In this document: one piece after another, positions 26,355 to 35,095 of the stretch | Position numbering within the stretch: the first letter of the stretch is position 1 | How the letters are laid out: each line of letters opens with the position of its first letter | Assembly: GCA_041494685.1 (NCBI GenBank) | Contig: JBGQBE010000030.1 | Coordinates: 1 to 36,091, forward strand | Origin: Dehalococcoidia bacterium | Lineage (GTDB): Bacteria > Chloroflexota > Dehalococcoidia > DSTF01 > JACRBR01 | Reading direction: 5' to 3' | DNA length: 36,091 bases | Position numbers and translations under genes: made by a program | The notes under the pieces: generated by a model | The model's database searches: none | The model's input: only the letters and a program-made list of their open reading frames with translations | Told to the model about the DNA's origin: nothing

Positions 26355-27266
26355 ATGGCGGGGAACCAACCAGGAAGGACGCGACCCGCGGCACCTTCAG
26401 GCAAAGCCAGCCGGCGATGCGCGATGGTCACCGGCGCCTCATCCGGCATCGGTGCGGCATTTGCCGAACGTCTTGCTCGGGAAGGATTCGATCTCATCGT
26501 CGTCGCGCGCCGACGGGGGCGCCTCGAATCGCTCGCACGGCGGCTGAGGAAGCAGTCCGGCATCGAGGTCGAGGTCCTGGTCGCCGACCTGACGCAGCCC
26601 TCGGAGTTGCTTGCCGTCGAACGAACGCTCAGGCGGAATCGCAGGCTCGAGTTGCTCGCGAATTGTGCCGGGTTCGCGGGCTACATGCCGTTCGTTGAGC
26701 TTCCACCCGACCGGGCCGAGTCATTGATCCGGCTTCACGTGCTTGCGTTGACCCGCCTGACGCGCGCCGCCCTGCCCGGGATGATCGCCCGCGGCAGCGG
26801 CACGATCATCAACGTATCGTCGGCGCTGGCGTTCAGCGCGTCCGAGCCCGAATCGTACCTGCCGCACCGAGCGGTATATGCCGGCGCCAAGTCGTACATC
26901 GCCACGTTCACGGAGGTGCTGGCACGCGAACTGAAGGGCTCCGGCGTCGCGGTCCAGGCGCTGTGTCCCGGTATGGTCCGCACGGAGTTCCACAAGGTCG
27001 CGGGTTATGACGTGGCTGGCGTCCCGATTCTGATGACGCCGGAGGACGTCGTCCAGGCTTCGCTCGCGGCGTTGAGGTCAGGTGAAGTCATCTGCATCCC
27101 GTCGCTGAATCGCCCGTCTGCCGTCGCCGAGTACCAGGCGAAGCGCAGCCGCTTGTTTGAGACGGCCGGGAGTTCCGCGCTGGCTTCGAGGTATCGGACG
27201 CCTGGTTCACATTCAGTGCGCGGACGGGAACCCAGAGCGAAGAAACGCGCTCGGCGCAGGGACTGA
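26355..27266 (+). CDS. Short-chain dehydrogenase/reductase
   Basis: TGASSGIG, NCAG, INVSS, YAGAK and LCPGMVRTEF motifs; ATG 26355 lies 8 nt after AGGAG. Confidence 0.92.
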   Translation: MAGNQPGRTRPAAPSGKASRRCAMVTGASSGIGAAFAERLAREGFDLIVVARRRGRLESLARRLRKQSGIEVEVLVADLTQPSELLAVERTLRRNRRLELLANCAGFAGYMPFVELPPDRAESLIRLHVLALTRLTRAALPGMIARGSGTIINVSSALAFSASEPESYLPHRAVYAGAKSYIATFTEVLARELKGSGVAVQALCPGMVRTEFHKVAGYDVAGVPILMTPEDVVQASLAALRSGEVICIPSLNRPSAVAEYQAKRSRLFETAGSSALASRYRTPGSHSVRGREPRAKKRARRRD

Positions 27267-27380
27267 GGCGAGCCGCAGGGACGACGCGTACATCGCGCAC
27301 TCCTCCCGGAGCCCAATGACGCCGCCCTCAGAGCCGAATGCCCCATCCGCGCGCGCAGCTGCCTACCGTACGCTATCTAC

Positions 27381-27851
27381 ATGAGCCACTTCTTCGATGT
27401 GCTGCCCGAGCTGTATCACCGTCACATCGTCGACGCCGGGAAGCAGCCCCAGTTCTTCGTGCTGCTCGCCTTCCTCACGACGTTCGTCATCGTCCGGATC
27501 GTGACCTACACGATGCGCTCCGGCCGCATCCGCATCATCCGAAGCGTGCGCGCAGGAGACACGCACATCCATCATCTCGTCCCCGGCATCCTGCTGCTGC
27601 TCGTCTCCGGATACCTCGGCGTCGCCGTCGACCGTTCCCGTCTCGAGATCGTCGCCATCATCTTCGGCATCGGAGCCGCACTCACGCTCGACGAGTTCGC
27701 GCTGTGGCTCCACCTGCGCGACGTCTACTGGGAGCGCGAAGGGCGCCGCAGCATCGATGCGGTCATCATCGCCGCCACGATCCTCGGCATCTTCGTGCTC
27801 GGGGGACAGTTCTTCGTGGAGGTGGCCAAGGAGATCGTCGGACGTTCCTAG
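27381..27851 (+). CDS. Small integral membrane protein (HIHH-motif family)
   Basis: THIHHLVPGILL and GIGAALTLDEFALWLHLRDVYW..EGRRSIDA; TACGCT-6nt-ATG. Confidence 0.82.
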   Translation: MSHFFDVLPELYHRHIVDAGKQPQFFVLLAFLTTFVIVRIVTYTMRSGRIRIIRSVRAGDTHIHHLVPGILLLLVSGYLGVAVDRSRLEIVAIIFGIGAALTLDEFALWLHLRDVYWEREGRRSIDAVIIAATILGIFVLGGQFFVEVAKEIVGRS

Positions 27852-27896
27852 CACCTGCAACATCAGTTGTTGGAATTCCTCGATGTGCGTCCCGCA

Positions 27897-28688
27897 CTAG
27901 CGGGCGGGCATTGGCACCTCACCGGCGGGCGCTGGCGCCAGCCATGGCCGATACATCGGCACCCGACTCCGCTGGAGCGCAGACGGCGCGCGCGTCACCG
28001 GGTAACAGGCGAGCCCGAGCAAGACGGAGACGACGTGGCCATAGTCTGAGAACGTCACATGCGCGATGGCCACCAGGACCAACACTCCGAGCAGTCCAAA
28101 AGCCCAAACATAACGCCACGGTGCTCGTAACCGATACGTCAACACACCGGCGACGCAATACGCCCCGTAGCTGACGCCGACGTCGATGCTGTGCTCGATG
28201 CCCTGAGGTGCGTGGCCGAAGTGGAGCGCAAGGTCGATGCCCAACGCCGTCAGAAGGGTGCTGCCCACGTGGCCGATGGCGAAGATGAGGATGGCTCGAC
28301 CTGTGCCGAGCCAAAACTCCGCTGGAGCCAACACGATCGCGAGGAGTGCGACGACCGGCAAGGCGTACGAAGACTCAGACCAGAATGCGCTTCGAATAAG
28401 TACGTCGACGGCGTTGTGACGCAGGTTACTGAGGTTGGTGCTCTGAGCTCTGAGGAGCGCGTTCGCCACCCGCCCGTTAGAGCCGGCAAGCACCCAGGTA
28501 GTGAACGTGATGACGCCTGCGTAGAGGAATGTGGCAGGCGAACTCCTGACATATGAGGAAGCGTACGGCCCGATGCGACTCCACGAACGCCGAAGAAGTC
28601 GCCCCGTGCGCCAATCGTGACCGATGGCATACCAGCTTGCGAACGCAGTTGCCGAGACAACAAGTACGACGATGTCCGCCCGAGTCAT
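27897..28688 (-). CDS. Rhomboid-like membrane protein
   Basis: STNLSNL, SAFW, APAE.WLG, GHVGSTL, DVGVSYG and FSDYGH motifs; several transmembrane segments. Start uncertain. Confidence 0.72.
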   Translation of the reverse strand: MTRADIVVLVVSATAFASWYAIGHDWRTGRLLRRSWSRIGPYASSYVRSSPATFLYAGVITFTTWVLAGSNGRVANALLRAQSTNLSNLRHNAVDVLIRSAFWSESSYALPVVALLAIVLAPAEFWLGTGRAILIFAIGHVGSTLLTALGIDLALHFGHAPQGIEHSIDVGVSYGAYCVAGVLTYRLRAPWRYVWAFGLLGVLVLVAIAHVTFSDYGHVVSVLLGLACYPVTRAPSALQRSRVPMYRPWLAPAPAGEVPMPAR

Positions 28689-28983
28689 ACGCTGATTCCG
28701 CTCTTCCGCCGCAGGCGACCAAGGTCTGTACTGGCCGACCAACTCAGTATTGCGAGAGCCGGCGCAGTTGATGTTGCGAAACGGTGAAGTTGCGTGGGAG
28801 TATGCTGGGCTGAGCGGCGGCCCTCAGCGGCGAGAGGCAGGACAGATTCGGAGGCCGGTGCACCCTCCAGACTCCACGAGCTCTCCGACCGCCGCGATAC
28901 GACCACGCGCGACGGCGACTGGGGGCGGTGCCTGGCGATTTGCGACGGAGTTGCGGCGGATCGAATGGAACAGAGGTCTGCAG

Positions 28984-29136
28984 CCGGACACGTCGTACGC
29001 GCTCGGCCTTGCGTTCGAGCAGCCTCGCGAACTGCGAGTTGCCCGCAACCACTTCCAGACCGCGTTGATGCTCGCCCCCGACTACGGACCGGCACGTCGC
29101 CGGCCGCGCGCATTACCGGCGATATCGGGTACCTGA
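28984..29136 (+). pseudogene. Probable remnant of a TPR protein (single degenerate repeat)
   Basis: PDTSYALGLAFEQPRELRVARNHFQTALMLAPDYGPAR fits TPR spacing, while the upstream part of the ORF looks non-coding. Confidence 0.45.
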
Positions 29137-29193
29137 CGTTCTGCCGAGCTGGGGGTGAGCCACGTGTGTAGGGTCTCCTTCAACGCCGCACGG

Positions 29194-29856
29194 ATGGCGA
29201 GAGCTGCGACCTGGATCGGGCCAATCCTCCTGTTCGGGTTGATGGCGGTCCTGGCGTCCCGCTACGCACAGTTCCCGGGCGACGTTGCCGCGTCGCCTCG
29301 CGTCCAGAGCATCCACGCGCCATGGTTGGAGGCTATGTGGGACGTCCCGGAGGTCTTGGCAAGCACGACCGGCTGGACGATCTGCGCGGCCTTGCTCCTG
29401 GGTGTTCTCTTGGCGGCGCGTCAGTGGTGGGACACCCTCCTGGTGGCAGTGGTTCCTGTCGGCGCGGCACTCAACAGGTTGACCAAGCAGGTCGTGGATC
29501 GGCCCCGGCCCTCACCGATGCTGGTGACCGTGCGGGAACGGGTAACGGACCCGTCATTCCCGAGCGGCCACACGACGACGGCGGTGTTGCTCTTCGGATT
29601 GTGCTGCTACCTCGCGGGACGCCACCTTGAGCCGCGCTGGCTCCGCGTGGCGGTGCAGACCATCTGTATCGCGGCGATTATCGGTACGGGAGTGGCGCGG
29701 ATGTACGACGGAGTGCACTGGTTCAGCGACATCTACGGCAGCCTCATCCTCGGCGGCCTGATCCTGCGGGGCACCCTGCACCTTCATCGCTACGTCTCGC
29801 CGGCCGAGCGGCACTCGTCCCAGGCGGGGAGGCATCACCGGCCTCCCGTCCGCTAG
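29194..29856 (+). CDS. PAP2-family membrane phosphatase
   Basis: KQVVDRPRP, SFPSGH and ARMYDGVHWFSD are the three PAP2 motifs. Confidence 0.9.
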   Translation: MARAATWIGPILLFGLMAVLASRYAQFPGDVAASPRVQSIHAPWLEAMWDVPEVLASTTGWTICAALLLGVLLAARQWWDTLLVAVVPVGAALNRLTKQVVDRPRPSPMLVTVRERVTDPSFPSGHTTTAVLLFGLCCYLAGRHLEPRWLRVAVQTICIAAIIGTGVARMYDGVHWFSDIYGSLILGGLILRGTLHLHRYVSPAERHSSQAGRHHRPPVR

Positions 29857-30037
29857 CCCCACCGGCAGCACACCGGGCGGATCCGGTTTGTGAGGCATCC
29901 GTCCCGCGTCCCGCAGCGTTATCCTACGGTAGCCCTGCGCGAGTACGCCGTGAACAGAGGCGAGCAGGCAGCGCAATGCATGTCTCTCGCGCGCATCGCG
30001 CCACGGCCCCATCCTGCACACTGCTGGAGCTGTTCAG

Positions 30038-30821
30038 ATGTCACGGGAAGATCGCTACCTCTTCGATACGGTGGCAGAACTGTACCACCGGGCGCGCCCC
30101 CACCTATCCTCCGCAGGTGTTCGACGACCTGGTCGCCCTGACGGGCATTCCGGACAGCGGGCGCGTGCTCGAGATCGGCTGCGGGACGGGGCAGGCGACG
30201 CTGCCCATGGCGCAGCGGGGTTATGGAATCACCGCTGTCGAACTTGGCGAGAACCTCGCCGCGATCGCGCGACGCAATCTTGCCAGGTTTCCGAACGTCA
30301 ACGTGCAGACGGCGGCCTTCGAAGACTGGCCGCTCCCGCCGGAACCGTTCGACCTCGTGATGGCCGCCACGTCGTTTCACTGGCTCGACGCCTCGGTCGC
30401 GCTGCCGAAGGTCGCCGCCGCTCTACGACGCGGCGGCGCGGTCGCTATGGTGAGCGGCGGGCACGTCGAGGGCGGCACGAGCCAGTTCTTCATCGACGTG
30501 CAGGACTGCTACCTGCGATACATGCCCGGCACGCCGCCGGGTCTGCGCCTCCCGAAGGCGGAAGACCTTCCGCTCGAAGCGCCGGAACTCGACGCGTCGG
30601 GGCTCTTTGAGCCCGCGCAGGTGCGCCGCTACGTCTGGTCGCGCGAGTTCACCACACAGAGCTACATCGACGAGTTGAACACATACTCCGGGCATCTCGC
30701 TCTCTCCGACGCGAATCGCCTTGCGCTGCTCACGTGCATCCGCGGGATGATCGATGAACGCTACGGTGGGCGGATCAAGAAGGCGTGCGTCACCGACTTG
30801 GATGTCGCACGAACGCGATAA
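30038..30821 (+). pseudogene. Class I SAM-dependent methyltransferase split by one extra C (frameshift at 30097-30101)
   Basis: One frame gives MSREDRYLFDTVAELYHRARP; the +1 frame continues TYPPQVFDDL...VLEIGCGTGQAT...FDLVMAATSFHW. SD GGAG precedes ATG 30038. Confidence 0.85.
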
Positions 30822-30971
30822 AGGTATCGAGCCTCCATGTCGGCTTATTCCACCGTCCGCGCGGGGGCCACGCGGTTCAGCTTCGCGCCGCCCCGCCTCC
30901 GACGCACGTACGAGCCTGCAGCACCCCACCACTTGATGGCTCGAAGCGGACTACCGGAGCCGCTCCCGCTA

Positions 30972-31039
30972 CGTGTCCAATGGCGCACGAAACGCGCGAC
31001 GTTGGACTCTTGCGGCAGAGGTCACCGCGGCATTACGGT
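30972..31039 (+). promoter_or_regulatory. Tandem DosR/OsdR-like boxes plus -10 element upstream of the CrtI-like gene
   Basis: CGTGTCCAATGGCGCA (30972-30987), CGCGACGTTGGACTCT (30995-31010), 23 nt, then TACGGT (31034-31039). Confidence 0.5.
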
Positions 31040-31094
31040 CGCGACGCCAGCGTCCCTTGCACGTGACTCGGGGGCGGCGGAGGGAGCGTCTGGA

Positions 31095-32735
31095 ATGGGC
31101 ACGTCGGATTGGGATGTCATTGTCATCGGCTCCGGCCTCGGTGGCCTGACCGCAGCGGCCTACTTGGCCGCGAACGGCCGACGGACGCTCGTGCTGGAGC
31201 AGCACTACGTCGCGGGTGGCAATGCACATGTATTCCGACGCAAGCGCATGTTCGAGTTCGACGTGGGGGTGCACTATGTTGGAGACTGCGGGTCGGGTGG
31301 CGTCATCCCGACCGTCTTGCGCGGCGTCGGACTGGACGGCAAGGTCGAGTTCCTCGAAATGGACCCCGATGGCTTTGACACGATCGTCTATCCCGGGCTG
31401 ACCTTCCGGGTGCCGAAGGGCTGGGACCGCTACCGCGAGCGCCTCGTCGCGGCGTTCCCGGACGACGAGACGGCGCTGCACGGCTGCCTCGACGTCTTCG
31501 AGGCGCTGCTCCGGGAGATGCGGGAGCTGCAGCGAGCGGGTTCGGCCGTCGACGTGGCACAACTCCTCCAGAAGGCGCCGACCCTCGTCCGGTGGGGCGG
31601 CCGGCCGCTCACCGCGTTATTCGATGACTTCAGGCTGGGCGACAAGGCTCGCGCGGTGCTGCTCGCCGAGTCGGGCGCCTACGCCGTGGCGCCGTCGCGG
31701 ACGCCCGTCGCGGTTCACGCCGGTCTGCTCGACCACTACCTCAAAGGCGCCTACTACCCGAAGGGCGGCGGCCAGGTGCTGCCGGCGCGCCTCATCGAGG
31801 TCTTGCGCGCCAACGGCGGCGATGTCCGCACCCGCAAGCGCGTGGAGCGCATCCTGATCGAAGACGGACACGTCGCCGGCGTGCGCCTGAAGTCCGGCGA
31901 AGAGTTTCGCGCGCCCGTCGTTGTCTCCAATGCCGACCTGAAGCGGACGCTGCTGGAGTTGGTCGGGAGGGAGCACCTCTCGGCGAAGACGGCGGACCGT
32001 ACCGATTCGTACCGGATGTCGCTGCCGATCTTCTGCGTCTACCTGGGTCTGGACATCGACCTGCGAGACCGGATGCCCAACACCAACTACTGGTACTGCG
32101 AGACCTTCGACATCGAGAGCATCTACCAGGCGTGCGACGACGGTCGCCTTCCCGAGAACCTGCCCCTGTTCATCACGGCTGCGTCGGTGAAAGATCCGTC
32201 TACCGACCGGATCGCTCCGCGCGGCTGCTCGAGCATCGAGATCATGACGTGGGTCCCCGCCGATCCCCGATTGTGGCAGGTCCACGAGGGTCCCGCGGCC
32301 GGCGAGAGATATCACCGGAACCGCGACTACCGTTCGTTCAAAGACCGGCTGATGGAGCAGCTCATCGACGGGGCCGAGCGCGTGTTGCCGGGCATCCGGG
32401 AGCACATCGTCTGGAAGGAGGCAGCGACTCCGGTGACGCAGGAGCGCTACACCCTGTCGACGGGCGGCACGTCCTACGGAATCGAGGTCGCCCTCGACCA
32501 GTTCGGGCCGAACCGGCCCGGTGCGGCGACCGAGGTACCGGGGCTGTATCTGGCCGGCGCAAGCACGGTATTCGGGCACGGGATCGTCGGGTCGATGCGG
32601 GGCGGCGTCGGCACGGCGAGTGCAGTGCTCGGCCGGGATCTCATGCGGGAGGTCGAGCAAGGACGCGTCTATGGCGATCCAGCGAAGCTCGCCGCCAACG
32701 ACGCGAGTGGGGATCCCTGGCTGTACTGCCGTTAG
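31095..32735 (+). CDS. FAD-dependent oxidoreductase, phytoene desaturase / retinol saturase-like
   Basis: ATG 31095 after GGGAG; DVIVIGSGLGGLTAA, VLEQHYVAGG, FDVGVHY, YYPKGG, VVVSNAD, ATPVT.ERY and GLYLAG motifs. Confidence 0.9.
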   Translation: MGTSDWDVIVIGSGLGGLTAAAYLAANGRRTLVLEQHYVAGGNAHVFRRKRMFEFDVGVHYVGDCGSGGVIPTVLRGVGLDGKVEFLEMDPDGFDTIVYPGLTFRVPKGWDRYRERLVAAFPDDETALHGCLDVFEALLREMRELQRAGSAVDVAQLLQKAPTLVRWGGRPLTALFDDFRLGDKARAVLLAESGAYAVAPSRTPVAVHAGLLDHYLKGAYYPKGGGQVLPARLIEVLRANGGDVRTRKRVERILIEDGHVAGVRLKSGEEFRAPVVVSNADLKRTLLELVGREHLSAKTADRTDSYRMSLPIFCVYLGLDIDLRDRMPNTNYWYCETFDIESIYQACDDGRLPENLPLFITAASVKDPSTDRIAPRGCSSIEIMTWVPADPRLWQVHEGPAAGERYHRNRDYRSFKDRLMEQLIDGAERVLPGIREHIVWKEAATPVTQERYTLSTGGTSYGIEVALDQFGPNRPGAATEVPGLYLAGASTVFGHGIVGSMRGGVGTASAVLGRDLMREVEQGRVYGDPAKLAANDASGDPWLYCR

Positions 32736-32994
32736 GGATACGAGCGCCTTCCGCGCCGCGGCCCTGGCGCTCCGCAGGACTCCACCTGAAGCGCGCGATC
32801 AACCGGCGTGCGATCGACCGCGCGGAGCACGGCGGATGCGTTCGCCCCCTGAAACTTGACGAAACCTGTAACTTTCGGTCGATAATCGCTCCTCTGCCCG
32901 TGTGAGTTGTTCGTTACCGCCGGTAGACTCGGATATCTCTTGCCTCGCCTACCGTTGCTCTAGATAGACGGACGTTCCAGACAGGTCGAGCATC

Positions 32995-34050
32995 TTGCCG
33001 TTTCTCGCCTCCTTCCTCACCGTGTCTGTCGCGCTGATCGCGGCGATCGTCCCCACGTTCGGTCTGCCCGGCAGCACGCCCGCCGACAAGCCTCCTTTCC
33101 CCGCGCCGCCCGGCTACCTCCTGCCCTGGCCCGGCGGCCAGATCCACACGGTGACGCAGGGCGAAGAGACCGGCCTCACGCACAACGGCATCGCCGCCTA
33201 CGCCTTCGACATCAACCTCCACTTCGAGATCGTCGTCGCCGCACGCGCCGGCCGCGTGACGATGGTGCGCCAGGATTCGGGCGCCGGCGGTTGCAGCGCC
33301 GACTACGTCAACGACGCCAACTACGTCGTCATCGACCACGGTGACGGCACGTCGGCCCTGTATCTGCACCTCGCGCAAGACTTCGTGCTCGTGCACCCCG
33401 GGCAGTTCGTCGACCAGGGCCAGCCGATCGCCGCGTCCGGCGACACCGGCGTGACCTGCTCAGAAGACATGAAGGGACGGGGCCCGCACCTGCACTTCCA
33501 GGTCGAGCGGACCGACGACAGCCACTACTTCACGCAGTCGCTCCCCATCGCCTTCGACGACATCGCGAAAAACGGCGGCATCCCGCAACAGGACCAGTCG
33601 TACGTCTCCGGGAACTACGGCCGCGGCAAGATGCAGAAGATCAAGCTGACGCCGCATCACGACCCACGTCCGTTCAACCCGGTCGCGACGCCCGCCGACC
33701 CGTCGCTGTTCGAAGCCGACCAGAATGCAGCGCCGCCGCCCGCCGCCAGCGCGACGCCGGAACCCACCACGCCGTCCGACGTTCCGGCCGACGCCGGCAC
33801 ACCGGCACCCGTGCCGACGCGCCAGCCTCGCCCGACGCACACGCCGACGGCGCGCCCGACCGACACCCCGGTGCCGACGCCCACTGCCAGCGATACGCCC
33901 ATCCCCTCGAACACGCCGGTCCCGACCGACACGGCCACTCTCCCGACCGCGACGTCAACGCCGGTGCCGCCCGTGGCAACCGACACGCCGCCGCCCGCGA
34001 CGCCCACACCTGCAGCTACGGCCACACCGACACCAACTCCGACGCCGTAG
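32995..34050 (+). CDS. Exported M23-family peptidase with a Pro/Thr-rich C-terminal tail
   Basis: Hydrophobic N-terminus; THNG..AYAFD, VVAARAGRV, NYVVIDHGDG..ALYLHL, SGDTG and GPHLHF motifs; PT-rich tail. Confidence 0.88.
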   Translation: MPFLASFLTVSVALIAAIVPTFGLPGSTPADKPPFPAPPGYLLPWPGGQIHTVTQGEETGLTHNGIAAYAFDINLHFEIVVAARAGRVTMVRQDSGAGGCSADYVNDANYVVIDHGDGTSALYLHLAQDFVLVHPGQFVDQGQPIAASGDTGVTCSEDMKGRGPHLHFQVERTDDSHYFTQSLPIAFDDIAKNGGIPQQDQSYVSGNYGRGKMQKIKLTPHHDPRPFNPVATPADPSLFEADQNAAPPPAASATPEPTTPSDVPADAGTPAPVPTRQPRPTHTPTARPTDTPVPTPTASDTPIPSNTPVPTDTATLPTATSTPVPPVATDTPPPATPTPAATATPTPTPTP

Positions 34051-34059
34051 CCCGAAGGG

Positions 34060-34149
34060 GTGTCGATCGCCCTCGACTCCTACACTCACGCGCTCCCCGG
34101 CATGCAGAAGGAAGCGGCGATCCGCATGGCGGCCGTGTTGTTCGGGTAG
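34060..34149 (+). mobile_element. Relic C-terminus of a tyrosine recombinase (phage/ICE integrase)
   Basis: Reads VSIALDSYTHALPGMQKEAAIRMAAVLFG*, matching the catalytic-Tyr tail pattern (S.TLD.YSH.LP.MQ.EAA); ends 74 nt from the tRNA 3' end. Confidence 0.75.
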
Positions 34150-34183
34150 GAGGCGCCGATGGAACGATCGGACCCGGTGCGTG

Positions 34184-34207
34184 AAAAAACCGGCCCCGAG
34201 GGCCGGT
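34184..34207 (-). terminator. Intrinsic terminator downstream of tRNA-Trp
   Basis: Minus strand ACCGGCCC-TCG-GGGCCGGT followed by a T run. Confidence 0.85.
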
Positions 34208-34223
34208 CTTAGATTCAGAATGC

Positions 34224-34299
34224 TGGCAGGAGTGGAGGGACTCGAACCCCCGACAAGCGGTTTTGGAGACCGCTGCTCTACCAACTGAGCTACACTCCT
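34224..34299 (-). tRNA. trnW: tRNA-Trp (CCA)
   Basis: 76 nt: AGGAGTG...TAGCTCAGTTGGTAGAGC, anticodon arm GCGGT-CTCCAAA-ACCGC, GGTTCGAGTCC and an encoded 3' CCA. Confidence 0.98.
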
Positions 34300-34309
34300 G
34301 CGCGCCGCC

Positions 34310-34315
34310 AGTATA
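34310..34315 (-). promoter_or_regulatory. -10 element of the tRNA-Trp promoter
   Basis: Minus-strand TATACT, 10 nt upstream of the mature 5' end, followed by a GC-rich discriminator-like stretch. Confidence 0.6.
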
Positions 34316-34348
34316 AAAGATGCCCCCGCCGTCCGCGAACGTCCGCCG

Positions 34349-35095
34349 CTACGCGCCCGCTCGCCCCGCCGCCGCCTCGACGGCGCGTCGCACGAGGTCC
34401 GGGTAGTTGCTGCAGATGCTGTCGACGCCCGCCGCCAGCATCTTCGCCATGTCGTCTTCGTCGTCCACGGTCCACGTCATGAATGTGAGCGACCGGAGCT
34501 GCCCCTGCCGCACTCGCTCCGGCGTCGCGAAGGCGTGGTAGACGCTAACGCCCTGCGCGTTCAGCGAGAGCGCGAACCCGAAGAAGTCGGCCCAGTCGAC
34601 GATGCGGCGGCCCTCGGTGAGCAGCGCGGCCGCCATCCGCGGCTCGACGAGGCGCATCTGCTGCACCGTCTCGGGCCAGAACGAATGCACCTCGCAGTCG
34701 GCCAGCGCGCCGGCGTCGCGTACGGCGCGCGCGACGTGCTCCTCGATGTTGGCCTGCTTGATCTCGATTTGCAGGAGCACGCGCCCCTTCGTGAGGTCCA
34801 GCACCTCGGACAGCAGCGGGATCGGCGCGCCGTGGAACTGCGGCACGAACTGCCGCGCGCCCGCGTCGAGCGCGCGCACGACCTCGAGGGGCATCTGGCG
34901 GACGTCGCCCGTGCCGTCGGTCGTGCGGTCGACGGTGTCATCGTGCAGCAGCACGGGCACGCCGTCGGCGGTGCAGTGCACGTCGATCTCGATCGCGTCG
35001 GCGCCAAGCGCGATCGCCTTCTCGACGCCTGCGAGCGTGTTCTCCGGCGCGTGGCCCTTGCAGGCGGCGTGGGACGTGATCAGCGGCAGCCTCAT
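34349..35095 (-). CDS. Glycerophosphodiester phosphodiesterase family protein
   Basis: Start trimmed to MRLPLITSH (ATGA overlap); APENTL, IEIDVH, LLHDDTVDRTT, IEIK, WTVDD and GVDSICSNYP motifs. Confidence 0.9.
   Translation of the reverse strand: MRLPLITSHAACKGHAPENTLAGVEKAIALGADAIEIDVHCTADGVPVLLHDDTVDRTTDGTGDVRQMPLEVVRALDAGARQFVPQFHGAPIPLLSEVLDLTKGRVLLQIEIKQANIEEHVARAVRDAGALADCEVHSFWPETVQQMRLVEPRMAAALLTEGRRIVDWADFFGFALSLNAQGVSVYHAFATPERVRQGQLRSLTFMTWTVDDEDDMAKMLAAGVDSICSNYPDLVRRAVEAAAGRAGA

Noticed and set aside
29891..29935. DosR-like box TGAGGCATCCGTCCCG upstream of the methyltransferase, and a weak one at 29132-29147 before PAP2
   Set aside because: The first has TAGCCC rather than TAnnnT at the expected distance; the second matches poorly and has a 21-nt gap. 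Both were left out of the regulon call.
33730..34047. Repetitive CCGAC/ACGCC pattern as a DNA repeat array or CRISPR
   Set aside because: Explained by the Pro/Thr-rich protein tail. No constant repeat-spacer structure or cas gene was seen anywhere in the window.
34048..34149. TAG readthrough fusing the M23 peptidase to the in-frame integrase tail
   Set aside because: Being in frame has a one-in-three chance, no recoding signal is visible and the fusion makes no functional sense. A deletion junction is simpler.
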